DNA of 51,730 bases from an uncultured Clostridia bacterium (GTDB lineage: Bacteria; CAYTYR01; UBA6262). The stretch is taken from NCBI GenBank assembly GCA_964441745.1, contig CAYTYR010000004.1:62001-113730 (forward strand). Reading direction: 5' to 3'. Within the stretch, counting starts at the first letter, position 1. The number at the start of each line of letters is the position of its first letter. The notes under the pieces were generated by a model. It worked only from the letters and a program-made list of their open reading frames with translations, had not been told where the DNA came from and did not search any database. A program made the position numbers and the translations under genes. Below are positions 44,601 to 51,730 of this stretch, in pieces.

Positions 44601-47562
44601 GGCTGAGACCAAAGCGGCCCGGGAAGAAGCCAAAGGCATTATCCTGGGGCTTACGCTAAAGCCAGACGGGAAAATAGAGAAAGGGCCGGAGAAAAAACCA
44701 ACTGTTTTACCGTCGTTAAAAATAACCGCGGACAAAACCAAGCTGCGCAAGGGTGAAACCGCGGAGGTCCTGGTAACTGTGGAGAATGCTGAGCCTGAGG
44801 ACCAGCCATTTACGTATACCTGGAATGGCAGTTTTGCCGGTAAGGGCCCGGGAGTTACTTTCCTGGCCACTGCTCCAGGCAGCCAGTCTTTAGCGGTAAA
44901 TGTAGTCGGCAAAAGATTTGCTATCGGCACTGCGTCAGTAACCTTCCAGGTTGAAGATGTGACTGCTAAGATCGAGAAAACAACACCAGCTGCCAATTCC
45001 GTCATGGTTGGCAGTGCCGCTTCGTTCAAGGCTTCTGTATTGATGGGTGGTAAACCTGGTTCCGGGAATTTCGTCTATCGCTGGCAGCCAAACTCAGAAT
45101 TAAAATTTGAACCTACGGAAGATGGATCACCGGTCACCAGTACCAAGTTCACCAAGCCAGGAAAAATAAAAATATGGGTCGAGGTATTGGAATCGAAAAA
45201 TGGCACGCTGGCCACTCTGGCGACCTCTGACCAGATAGAAATGGATGTCACTAAACCGGGATTAAAGTTAGTTTTAACGCCAACAACACCGCTGGTCGGC
45301 CAGGAGATCAAAGCCAGGGTCGAGGAAACACCGGCGATGAAAGAGATAGATTTCCGCTGGGACATGCCGGCCAATGCCAAACTGTTAAGCGAGTCACAGG
45401 ATAGCAAAGAGAGGATTTTTTACGCTTTGAACACTACACCTATCAAAGTGACAGCTAAGGGCAGGGTTCCATTTTCCGGTGAGGACCTGGGCGAAGCGAC
45501 TGCAACTGTGACCGCCAAAGCCTATAAAATAAATGTAAAAGTGCTCGGGCCGATTGGTCCTAAGCCCATGATCTGGAAATCGAGTGAGGGATTGGTGGAA
45601 GACAAGACCGCGATCGCCACTTTCCAGAACGTGAACCTGAAAGTCGAGATCGAACCGGCGCCTAAAGAAACAGTTACCTATAATTGGACGTTGAACTCCG
45701 GCAGTTCTTTCGGCGGCGGCAGTACCGGTACTGAAGTAATGGTGCAACGCGGCGAAAAAGGCACAGCCGAGGCCAAGGTGGAAGTTAAGAACAGCAACGG
45801 CGTTATTCTCGGCACCGGCCAGGGCAGTTTCTCAGTCACTATTTCCCAGAATGACATCCAGAAAGCCAAAGACAAGGATCGCGAGGAGAAAAAGAAGAAA
45901 GAAGCTCTGGGAAAACTGGCTCAAGCCAAAGAACTTTACACCCAGGGCAAAATAGAGCAAGCGATATTATTGGCAGAAGAAGCAGCCAAAGACGATCCGA
46001 AGAACCAGGAGATAATTGATTTCCTGAAAAAAATAAAAGCAGATAAAGATAAGATCAATCAGCAACTGACTAAAACCAGGGAAATGATCGATCAGGGCAA
46101 AATACCGGAAGCGCAAAAAGAATATGATCTTGCTGTGGCCATCAATGGCAAATTCCAGCCAGTGATCGATATGGGCAAAACTCTGGCGATCGCCAGGGTA
46201 GCAGCGGAAAAGGCAGCCAAAAACGCTGCTGATAAGAAAGCGAAAGAAGATGCTGACAAAACAGCCAAAGATGCCGCGGATAAAAAAGCGGCTGCAGATA
46301 AGGCGTCTGCTGATAAAGCGGCCGTAGAGAAGAAAGCCGCTGAAACTGGTAAGTCTGTGGAAACTAAACCAGGCACCTCTTCTGCCAAGGGATTGCCCTC
46401 TGTGCCTGTTGTGCCTGTTGTGCCCGCGGTTCCAGGAGCAGCCGTTAAACCCGGCGAGACAAAAATACCGGTTCCCGATGCCGCAGCTATTAAACTGGCA
46501 GCAGAAAAGGCAGCGGCGGAGAAATTGATCAAAGAAGCTGAAGTGCTGGCTAAAGATAAAAAATACCAGGAAGCCATCAAGAAATACCAGGAAAGTATCA
46601 AGATCTACCGGCCTTTCAATATCGACGCTATTAATACGCGTATCTTCAATCTGCAATATACTGATGCCAATGAACAGGCTGATAAGATCCGTGCCGCCGC
46701 TGATAAATTAAAAAAAGAGGGTTTGCTGGAAGAGGCTATTGCTAAATATGAAAAAGCCTTACAGACCTACCATCTACAATATCCGTTCCGCCAGCAATTG
46801 GAAGTGCAAACCCAGGACCTGCGCAATATTGTCAATAGTGCCAGGCAATTTCGCCAGACCGGCGAAACCAATGAAAAGAAAGGCGATATTAATCAAGCTA
46901 TCACTGACTATGAGAACAGCCTGAAACTGCTCAAAAATGCGGCTTTACGCCAGCATACCGATGAATTAATTGTCCAGCTTAACGGTGATATGGCCAAAGC
47001 TGAAGGAGAGAAATTGGAGAAAAAGGGCGACCTGAAAGGCGCTATTAACCAATATGAAAAAGCTCTCAGTATATATGCGCCATCTTTCAACGGCCGTAAA
47101 AAATTGGAAACACATATAGCAGAATTAAAGAAGATACTGGCCACACCTCCGGCCAGCGGCCCAGCAATAGCGTCAAACGAAGACCAGACAGGCCTGATCA
47201 AGCAGATGTATGCTGATTTTGCCAAAGCTTATGCATATAAGAATGAAGCCCGGGTAATGAGCTACATCAGCCCGGAATGGGATGCCGGCGACGGTACTAC
47301 GCTGTCTGACTTACGCAACTACCTGCGCAACAGTTTTACTGTGTTTGATGAGATCCAGTATACGATCAGCGGTCTGAGTATTAAAAAAGGGAAGAACGAT
47401 ACTTACCAGGCCAGCTACGATGTTACGATCGTTGGTAAAATATACGACAACAACATCAAGCATGAAGAAAAATCCAGTGTCAATGAAGAATTGGCCATCG
47501 ACGCCAAGGGCAAGGCGAAAGTCCGGAAAACCATGAATGGCAAGTTCTGGTATGTAGAATAG
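41656..47562 (+). CDS. Giant secreted multidomain protein (helical N-region, Ig/PKD-like array, TPRs, Ala/Lys/Pro linker, C-terminal NTF2-like domain)
   Basis: Signal peptide; repeated Y.W/F.W beta-sandwich signatures; TPR-like units (A..L.K...Y.EAI.KY..S...Y). ATG 41656 lies 6 nt after AGGAG. Confidence 0.8.
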   Translation: MKLRFFRTMNAILITNLAFFLFSPALVIAGEADQAAYESFKGAYDTFKGIFKGTKEKVDGTTEFFGNFNSNMSQWRKACSEEMQDEAIENITDMTKEQMGAIDDLAAKLSEMTGMDIPENIPAEIKSKLSAKLLGSLSADQAKKYGYMYTLSSFDRKLRDNGVYEKLGALKEQFDAGEELLGSIDNAVEFVDTFNPNGDGTPTNSLKKIKGVLDYMGKFTEEFPLIGKIIEGYAQATEHFIAALDDLDKKLKDSRQGSLGGQIGVDIAIKNKIFAEAPEVAANEGLTWFSINGEYPALAPIRGWRDRDVVLYHGSDSGDGLVAFINGAAFEKLYKYYVALKKSDIAGNKKLVDPDTFIAAARAIGSKSLDTQDKRFREDYALFEGANNREFLEVLEVAGCLNEEKFLVSTAERVMEYRIYMQKEDEFCGLEYFNKQFRNDISSLRYKYQGKMAVTGVVRAKPDSPRIGDISILINSQPAIKFKRKSDSECSYGTILPKGQEYSINIGAKGFKRVNKSNVKETYLVTEIEPTHEGKVQAKINGLDSITVETKNDYTIEFDSNTFNADKLKVKWTIDGVAAGEGKTVSVTASKVGKTNIAVYIYSPDGAVSKGYFQKPVEVVNLKSDYGITLTVPSKTVVSPQQSCLITGKIAATKKVYFQSLSTTVKDETSGKILRNDSWFSPDQLKNPSSSEVNVSFQSPAIAGEYPLTFTLKGKTGKVEEVISIQKVVYVVPTVVINCPDSVNATDMFDVNVVVPAEMPGTVADYAWNPYDSIISGSDWGRTKTANVRMQIRNDQVQPGNKVEISCYMQDAKNKTLAIARKTVTVLPVSFGTTAPGNWTGGPGEFKRTPAVRKRTDKGKEIDSATVSGTINVTMERGSNSVFYDPKKMQKSFEEQAAKWGSKVEKITIGNFTGSFAESPFTSRVKGHWEYGDVGFPEASASGSALLFCGQFYMQISYSVSGSGFRGGQGPNFWWDDLPFILAETKAAREEAKGIILGLTLKPDGKIEKGPEKKPTVLPSLKITADKTKLRKGETAEVLVTVENAEPEDQPFTYTWNGSFAGKGPGVTFLATAPGSQSLAVNVVGKRFAIGTASVTFQVEDVTAKIEKTTPAANSVMVGSAASFKASVLMGGKPGSGNFVYRWQPNSELKFEPTEDGSPVTSTKFTKPGKIKIWVEVLESKNGTLATLATSDQIEMDVTKPGLKLVLTPTTPLVGQEIKARVEETPAMKEIDFRWDMPANAKLLSESQDSKERIFYALNTTPIKVTAKGRVPFSGEDLGEATATVTAKAYKINVKVLGPIGPKPMIWKSSEGLVEDKTAIATFQNVNLKVEIEPAPKETVTYNWTLNSGSSFGGGSTGTEVMVQRGEKGTAEAKVEVKNSNGVILGTGQGSFSVTISQNDIQKAKDKDREEKKKKEALGKLAQAKELYTQGKIEQAILLAEEAAKDDPKNQEIIDFLKKIKADKDKINQQLTKTREMIDQGKIPEAQKEYDLAVAINGKFQPVIDMGKTLAIARVAAEKAAKNAADKKAKEDADKTAKDAADKKAAADKASADKAAVEKKAAETGKSVETKPGTSSAKGLPSVPVVPVVPAVPGAAVKPGETKIPVPDAAAIKLAAEKAAAEKLIKEAEVLAKDKKYQEAIKKYQESIKIYRPFNIDAINTRIFNLQYTDANEQADKIRAAADKLKKEGLLEEAIAKYEKALQTYHLQYPFRQQLEVQTQDLRNIVNSARQFRQTGETNEKKGDINQAITDYENSLKLLKNAALRQHTDELIVQLNGDMAKAEGEKLEKKGDLKGAINQYEKALSIYAPSFNGRKKLETHIAELKKILATPPASGPAIASNEDQTGLIKQMYADFAKAYAYKNEARVMSYISPEWDAGDGTTLSDLRNYLRNSFTVFDEIQYTISGLSIKKGKNDTYQASYDVTIVGKIYDNNIKHEEKSSVNEELAIDAKGKAKVRKTMNGKFWYVE

Positions 47563-47573
47563 GGGGAGAAGGA

Positions 47574-48152
47574 ATGAAAACGATCTTTACCAGAACTTTA
47601 TTATTACTGCTGGCCGGCGCTATATTATGTACACCGCTTTTAGTGAACGGAGCGGATAAAAAGGGGGTAAAGAAAATGAAAACCTTGATCGTCTATTATT
47701 CCTATACCGGTAATACTGAGCTGGTAGCCAAAACCGTGGCTGCAGAAATTAATGCCGACCTGTTGAAAATAGAGGATGTGGAAAAACCCGGCAAACTCAA
47801 AGCTTATTTTTCCGGTTCTTTTGCCGCCAGGAGAGGAAAAGCCTGGCTGATAAAACCCGTTAATGTGCTCCTGAAAGATTATGACCGGATTTTTATCGGG
47901 GTACCTGTCTGGGCGGGAAAAGCGGCTCCGGAGATCAATGCTTATATTGAGCAGGCTGAACTCAAAGGGAAATCAGTAGTAGTATTTGTGACAATGGGCG
48001 GCAGTAAATCAGATGAAGCCATCCAAAGTCTGACCGCCAAAGTAGAAGCCAAAGGAGGCAAAGTAGCCTCTTCATTCTCGGTCAAGACCGGCGGGACTAA
48101 AAATGAGGAGATAGCGGCTAAAGCGGTAGAGATTGCCAAGCAGTATAAGTAA
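47574..48152 (+). CDS. Flavodoxin-family protein with N-terminal signal-like extension
   Basis: LIVYYSYTGNT FMN-binding loop, IFIGVPVWAG, F.T.GG. Confidence 0.88.
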   Translation: MKTIFTRTLLLLLAGAILCTPLLVNGADKKGVKKMKTLIVYYSYTGNTELVAKTVAAEINADLLKIEDVEKPGKLKAYFSGSFAARRGKAWLIKPVNVLLKDYDRIFIGVPVWAGKAAPEINAYIEQAELKGKSVVVFVTMGGSKSDEAIQSLTAKVEAKGGKVASSFSVKTGGTKNEEIAAKAVEIAKQYK

Positions 48153-48172
48153 TATAAAAATCAGGAGGGAGA

Positions 48173-48580
48173 ATGAGCGGTTTTTATTATAAGAAGATAC
48201 TATTATTAATGCTAATGTTGCTGACTATTGGATGTGCTACCCCTTATAAAAGAAGCGGTTTTGCCGGTGGTTATCGTGACTACAAAATTAAAGATAATAT
48301 GTATACAGTATATTTTGGTGGTAATGGCTATACCAATGCTGAGAAATGCAATCAATATGCTATGAGAAGAGCAGCTGAAGTAACCTTGGAAAATGGCTAC
48401 ACTCACTTTGTTATATTAGATAGTACTTATGAAAGGAATTATTCTGCGGTATTGATCATTCCCGTTTCTAAGCCTGAAATAACTTTGACCATTAGTTGTT
48501 TTAAAAGTGATTATCCAAAAGAAGCAATAGATGCCGAGAAATATCTGGAAGACAATGTTATAAAGGAACCCGCTAAATGA
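48173..48580 (+). CDS. Lipoprotein (CC0125/CC1285-like)
   Basis: Lipobox TIGC-ATPY; GGY.D, F.GNGYT, A..RAAE.TLENGY.HF.I pattern. Confidence 0.72.
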   Translation: MSGFYYKKILLLMLMLLTIGCATPYKRSGFAGGYRDYKIKDNMYTVYFGGNGYTNAEKCNQYAMRRAAEVTLENGYTHFVILDSTYERNYSAVLIIPVSKPEITLTISCFKSDYPKEAIDAEKYLEDNVIKEPAK

Positions 48581-49188
48581 GAACAACTAGGTTGTTACTT
48601 TTAAGTTTATTATGCCTTGTTTTATTCTCAGGTTGCGCATCTTTGTCATCTTCATTAAAGCCGGTTAATGATCAGACGAGCCGGCGGGATTACTTGGGAT
48701 TTTCTATTCTTCCTCCGCAAGGAGCAAATTGGTATTTAATACAGGAAGACCAGGGGACAATCGCATTTGCTAAAGGAGCGGGTTCCCAGCCTCACACTTT
48801 TGCGGCAGCTGTTTTTATAGCTAAAATTCCACCAGTTTGGAAAACCCCAAATGAATTCATGGAGTCCGTGAAAAAAGGGAGAAGAGCGGACACAGACGAA
48901 ACTAGATATAAGATGCTGCAGGAAGATTATGCTCTTGATAATAAATTTGGTCAATATTGCGTGAGATATCATGCGATAGTGGCGGATCACGGTGTCATTC
49001 CAGCGGAAGGACCGCCATTCATGATATTGGAGTCTTATGGTTACTGTTGTATGCACCCTAAAGAGACTGGCATGTATTATGATGTTAATTATTCAGAGAG
49101 ATACAAGCCGGGTGAAAGTGACCCATCTTTGAAACCTATAGGAGAAGAGTTTATAAATAACTTCAAGTTTGAAGATATTGCAAAATAA
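48577..49188 (+). CDS. Hypothetical lipoprotein
   Basis: Lipobox FSGC; GFSI.PP...W; ATGA overlap with the upstream gene. Confidence 0.7.
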   Translation: MRTTRLLLLSLLCLVLFSGCASLSSSLKPVNDQTSRRDYLGFSILPPQGANWYLIQEDQGTIAFAKGAGSQPHTFAAAVFIAKIPPVWKTPNEFMESVKKGRRADTDETRYKMLQEDYALDNKFGQYCVRYHAIVADHGVIPAEGPPFMILESYGYCCMHPKETGMYYDVNYSERYKPGESDPSLKPIGEEFINNFKFEDIAK

Positions 49189-49220
49189 ATTAAGTAGATC
49201 TCTGCAGCAAAAGTTATAGG

Positions 49221-49249
49221 TTGACAAAACCGGTAAAGTCAGGTACTAT
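49221..49249 (+). promoter_or_regulatory. Promoter for typA
   Basis: TTGACA, 17 nt spacer, TACTAT. Confidence 0.75.
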
Positions 49250-49379
49250 TAACCTACCAAGATAAATAGTCGGAATACTTTTATGGTTGGGTGAAATACC
49301 CAGCCATATTTTTATTCGCTGGAAGCGAATAAACCGCCAGAGCTCTTTGGCGGGTATGATTCAAATTGAAGGGATTAGC

Positions 49380-51230
49380 ATGACTAACCAGAAACGCCGT
49401 AAAGATGTCCGTAATGTCGCCATCATCGCCCATGTGGACCATGGCAAGACCACTCTCGTGGATGCCCTGCTCAAACAGACTGGGGCGTATGATTTTAAAG
49501 AGGGCGAAACTACCATTATGGATTCCAATCCATTGGAAAAAGAACGCGGTATTACGATCTTTTCCAAGAACGCTTCTTTTATTTATAAAGGGGTCCAGTT
49601 CAATATTGTGGATACTCCTGGCCATGCGGATTTTGGCAGTGAAGTGGAGCGTATTCTGAAAATGGTGGATGGTGTTCTCCTGCTGGTGGACGCGCAGGAA
49701 GGTCCCATGCCGCAAACTAAGTTTGTTTCCAAGAAAGCCCTGGAGTTGCATCTTAAACCTATTCTTGTAGTCAATAAGATCGACCGGCCCAATGCCCGAC
49801 CGCATGAAATAGCTGATATGACCTTCGACCTGTTCGACGAATTGAATGCCACGGATGAACAAATGGATTTTCCCATTGTCTTCGCTTCCGGCAAAGATGG
49901 CATCGCCAAGCTGGATATGGAAGATGAAGCTAAAGATATGAAACCCTTACTGGATACTATATTGCACCGCGTTTTGCCACCGGTAGCTGACCCGGACAAG
50001 CCTTTCCAAATGCTGATCACGATGCTGGATTATGATCCTTATATCGGCCAGATCTCCATCGGCCGAATTGTCCATGGCAAGATCAAGACCGGTGAGCAAA
50101 TGGCTTTAGTTAAAATAGATGGTACGGTAAAACAAGCCAAAGTCACCAAAATACTGAAATATAAAGGTTTAATAAAGGTAGAAGTGGATAACGCGGAAGC
50201 CGGGGATATTATAATGATCGCCGGCATGGATGGCGTGAATGTCGGGGAAACCCTCGCCTGCATTGATCATCCGAAAGCCCTGCCGACGATCAAGATCGAT
50301 GAGCCAACCATTTCCATGGTCTTCTCGCACAATACCAGCCCGCTGGCGGGCAAAGACGGCGGCCGGTTCCTTACTTCGCGGCATATTAAAGAAAGACTCG
50401 AGCATGAAGTGCTGACCAATGTGGGAATTAAGATTAAGCCAGTCTCTGGCAGTGAAAAATATGAAGTATCCGGCCGCGGCGAATTGCATCTTTCTATTTT
50501 GATCGAAACCATGCGCCGTGAAGGTTATGAAATGGAGGTCTCCTCACCTAAGGTTATCTTGCAGGAAATAGATGGCGAGGTTCTCGAGCCAGTGGAAGAG
50601 GTATTGATCGAGGTTGACCAGGGCTATCAAGGCTCGGTCATAGCAGCGCTGGGCAGCAGAAAAGCCCTGATGAAAGATATGCAGATCACTGCCATTGGTA
50701 CCGTGCGCATGAATTTCCTCATCCCGACCAGGGGATTACTTGGCTTCAGGAGCGATCTCATGATGATGACCCGCGGCACCGGTGTCATGTACCAGAACTT
50801 TTACCAGTACCAGAAATATAAAGGGGATATTGTCCATCGCCAGACCGGCGTGCTTATTTCCATGAGCGGTGGCAAAGCCATCGCCTATGCTTTATGGGGC
50901 CTGCAGGAGAGAGGCGAGATCTTTATTCGGCCGGGAGATGATCTGTATGAAGGCATGATCATCGGGGTGAATAACAAAGGAGATGACCTGATCGTCAATG
51001 TCATCCGGGAGAAAAAGCTGACCAATATGCGTTCCTCCAACGCGGATGAAGCTATCCGCCTGATCCCGCCAAGGGAGATGACCCTGGAGTTTGCCCTGGA
51101 GTTTGTGGAAGATAATGAATTAGTGGAAATCACTCCTAAAAGCATCCGCTTGAGGAAACAATATCTCGACGAGAATGAGCGGAAGAGAAAAATGCGCGCG
51201 GCCAGGCAGGAAGAAATAATTCAGAGATAA
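49380..51230 (+). CDS. typA: Translational GTPase TypA/BipA
   Basis: RNVAIIAHVDHGKTTLVD, ERGITI, DTPGHADFG.EVER, SGRGELHLSILIE, KKLTNMRS, VEITPKSIRLRK. Start ATG 49380. Confidence 0.97.
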   Translation: MTNQKRRKDVRNVAIIAHVDHGKTTLVDALLKQTGAYDFKEGETTIMDSNPLEKERGITIFSKNASFIYKGVQFNIVDTPGHADFGSEVERILKMVDGVLLLVDAQEGPMPQTKFVSKKALELHLKPILVVNKIDRPNARPHEIADMTFDLFDELNATDEQMDFPIVFASGKDGIAKLDMEDEAKDMKPLLDTILHRVLPPVADPDKPFQMLITMLDYDPYIGQISIGRIVHGKIKTGEQMALVKIDGTVKQAKVTKILKYKGLIKVEVDNAEAGDIIMIAGMDGVNVGETLACIDHPKALPTIKIDEPTISMVFSHNTSPLAGKDGGRFLTSRHIKERLEHEVLTNVGIKIKPVSGSEKYEVSGRGELHLSILIETMRREGYEMEVSSPKVILQEIDGEVLEPVEEVLIEVDQGYQGSVIAALGSRKALMKDMQITAIGTVRMNFLIPTRGLLGFRSDLMMMTRGTGVMYQNFYQYQKYKGDIVHRQTGVLISMSGGKAIAYALWGLQERGEIFIRPGDDLYEGMIIGVNNKGDDLIVNVIREKKLTNMRSSNADEAIRLIPPREMTLEFALEFVEDNELVEITPKSIRLRKQYLDENERKRKMRAARQEEIIQR

Positions 51231-51233
51231 TTG

Positions 51234-51262
51234 TTGACAACGCAGCGTTAATAAGGTATCAT
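51234..51262 (+). promoter_or_regulatory. Promoter for the cold-shock gene
   Basis: TTGACA, 17 nt spacer, TATCAT. Confidence 0.75.
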
Positions 51263-51390
51263 ACAAATAGTTACATAAATACAGTAATGCATAAGGTGTT
51301 GATATTTTGACCGCGAGGTGAAAGTATGCCTCCGGTCTTTTTGTTTCAGCCTTGGTTACTGTTAGTTCACAGGAAAGGAGGTAATTAACA

Positions 51391-51591
51391 ATGACAAAAG
51401 GTAAAGTGAAATGGTTTAACGAAGGCAAAGGTTATGGTTTCATCACTCCAGAGTCTGGTGACGATGTGTTTGTTCATTTTAAGGCTATCCAGGGTGACGG
51501 TTTCAAGTCATTAGCTGAAGGCCAAGAAGTAGAATTTGATATCGAAAAAGGCCCCAAGGGCAACCAGGCCGCGAACGTCAAAAAAATATAA
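51391..51591 (+). CDS. cspA: Cold-shock protein
   Basis: GKVKWFN..KGYGFI (RNP1), DVFVHF (RNP2); SD AAGGAGGT. Confidence 0.96.
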   Translation: MTKGKVKWFNEGKGYGFITPESGDDVFVHFKAIQGDGFKSLAEGQEVEFDIEKGPKGNQAANVKKI

Positions 51592-51620
51592 CCAGTAAAT
51601 ATAAATTTACCGCTTATGTG

Positions 51621-51658
51621 AAGCAATTCCCTAGTAAAATAGGGGATTGCTTTTTTTT
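51621..51658 (+). terminator. Intrinsic terminator after cspA
   Basis: AAGCAATTCCCTA-gtaaaa-TAGGGGATTGCTT followed by a T run. Confidence 0.88.
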
Positions 51659-51730
51659 AGGCGAGAGAACTAAAAAATGGGTCTTCTCCTTTTCAAGTGG
51701 ATGAATAAATCTACTATATAGACGGTAAAA

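Noticed and set aside
43750-46656. Long minus-strand ORFs (e.g. 43750-44562, 45967-46656) and similar antisense ORFs across the window
   Set aside because: They are shadows of well-supported + strand genes and show no motifs or SD support.
38649-47562. Classical two-partner secretion, autotransporter or RHS/CDI toxin locus
   Set aside because: No POTRA domains, TPS/haemagglutinin repeats, YD/RHS repeats or C-terminal autotransporter barrel were seen.

Overview
Bacterial chromosomal segment, probably from a diderm (outer-membrane) lineage given lolA and a beta-barrel gene; taxonomy cannot be fixed from sequence alone. Every credible gene lies on the + strand. 1-14.3 kb is the tail of a surface-glycan biosynthesis/modification cluster: SPASM and B12 radical SAM enzymes, MurJ-like flippase, SAM methyltransferases, GT4s, AsnB, a methyltransferase-GT2 fusion and two ArnT/PMT-like GT-C proteins. 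It is followed by two PilZ genes and a housekeeping run: proS, rimP-nusA-infB-rbfA-nrnA-ribF, rpsO-pnp-accB, small wHTH-spoVG, uppP-ftsK-lolA-rodZ-rimO-pgsA-pgpA, recA, MBL hydrolase, xerD, DEAD-box helicase, typA, cspA. Three things stand out. (i) A 10.5 kb accessory unit (38.6-49.2 kb) encodes an outer-membrane beta-barrel, a secreted Ig/NTF2-like protein and a ~1970 aa secreted Ig/TPR protein that ends in an apparently paralogous NTF2-like domain. This is the best candidate for an undescribed export/surface-display system. (ii) A two-gene nucleotidyltransferase TA-like module sits between pgpA and a degenerate copy of the last 22 codons of pgpA. (iii) Short-period (7-mer and 9-mer) repeat and inverted-repeat elements fill many housekeeping intergenic spacers. 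No rRNA, tRNA, CRISPR or transposase was seen. Domain calls come from motif recognition by eye, not database searches.
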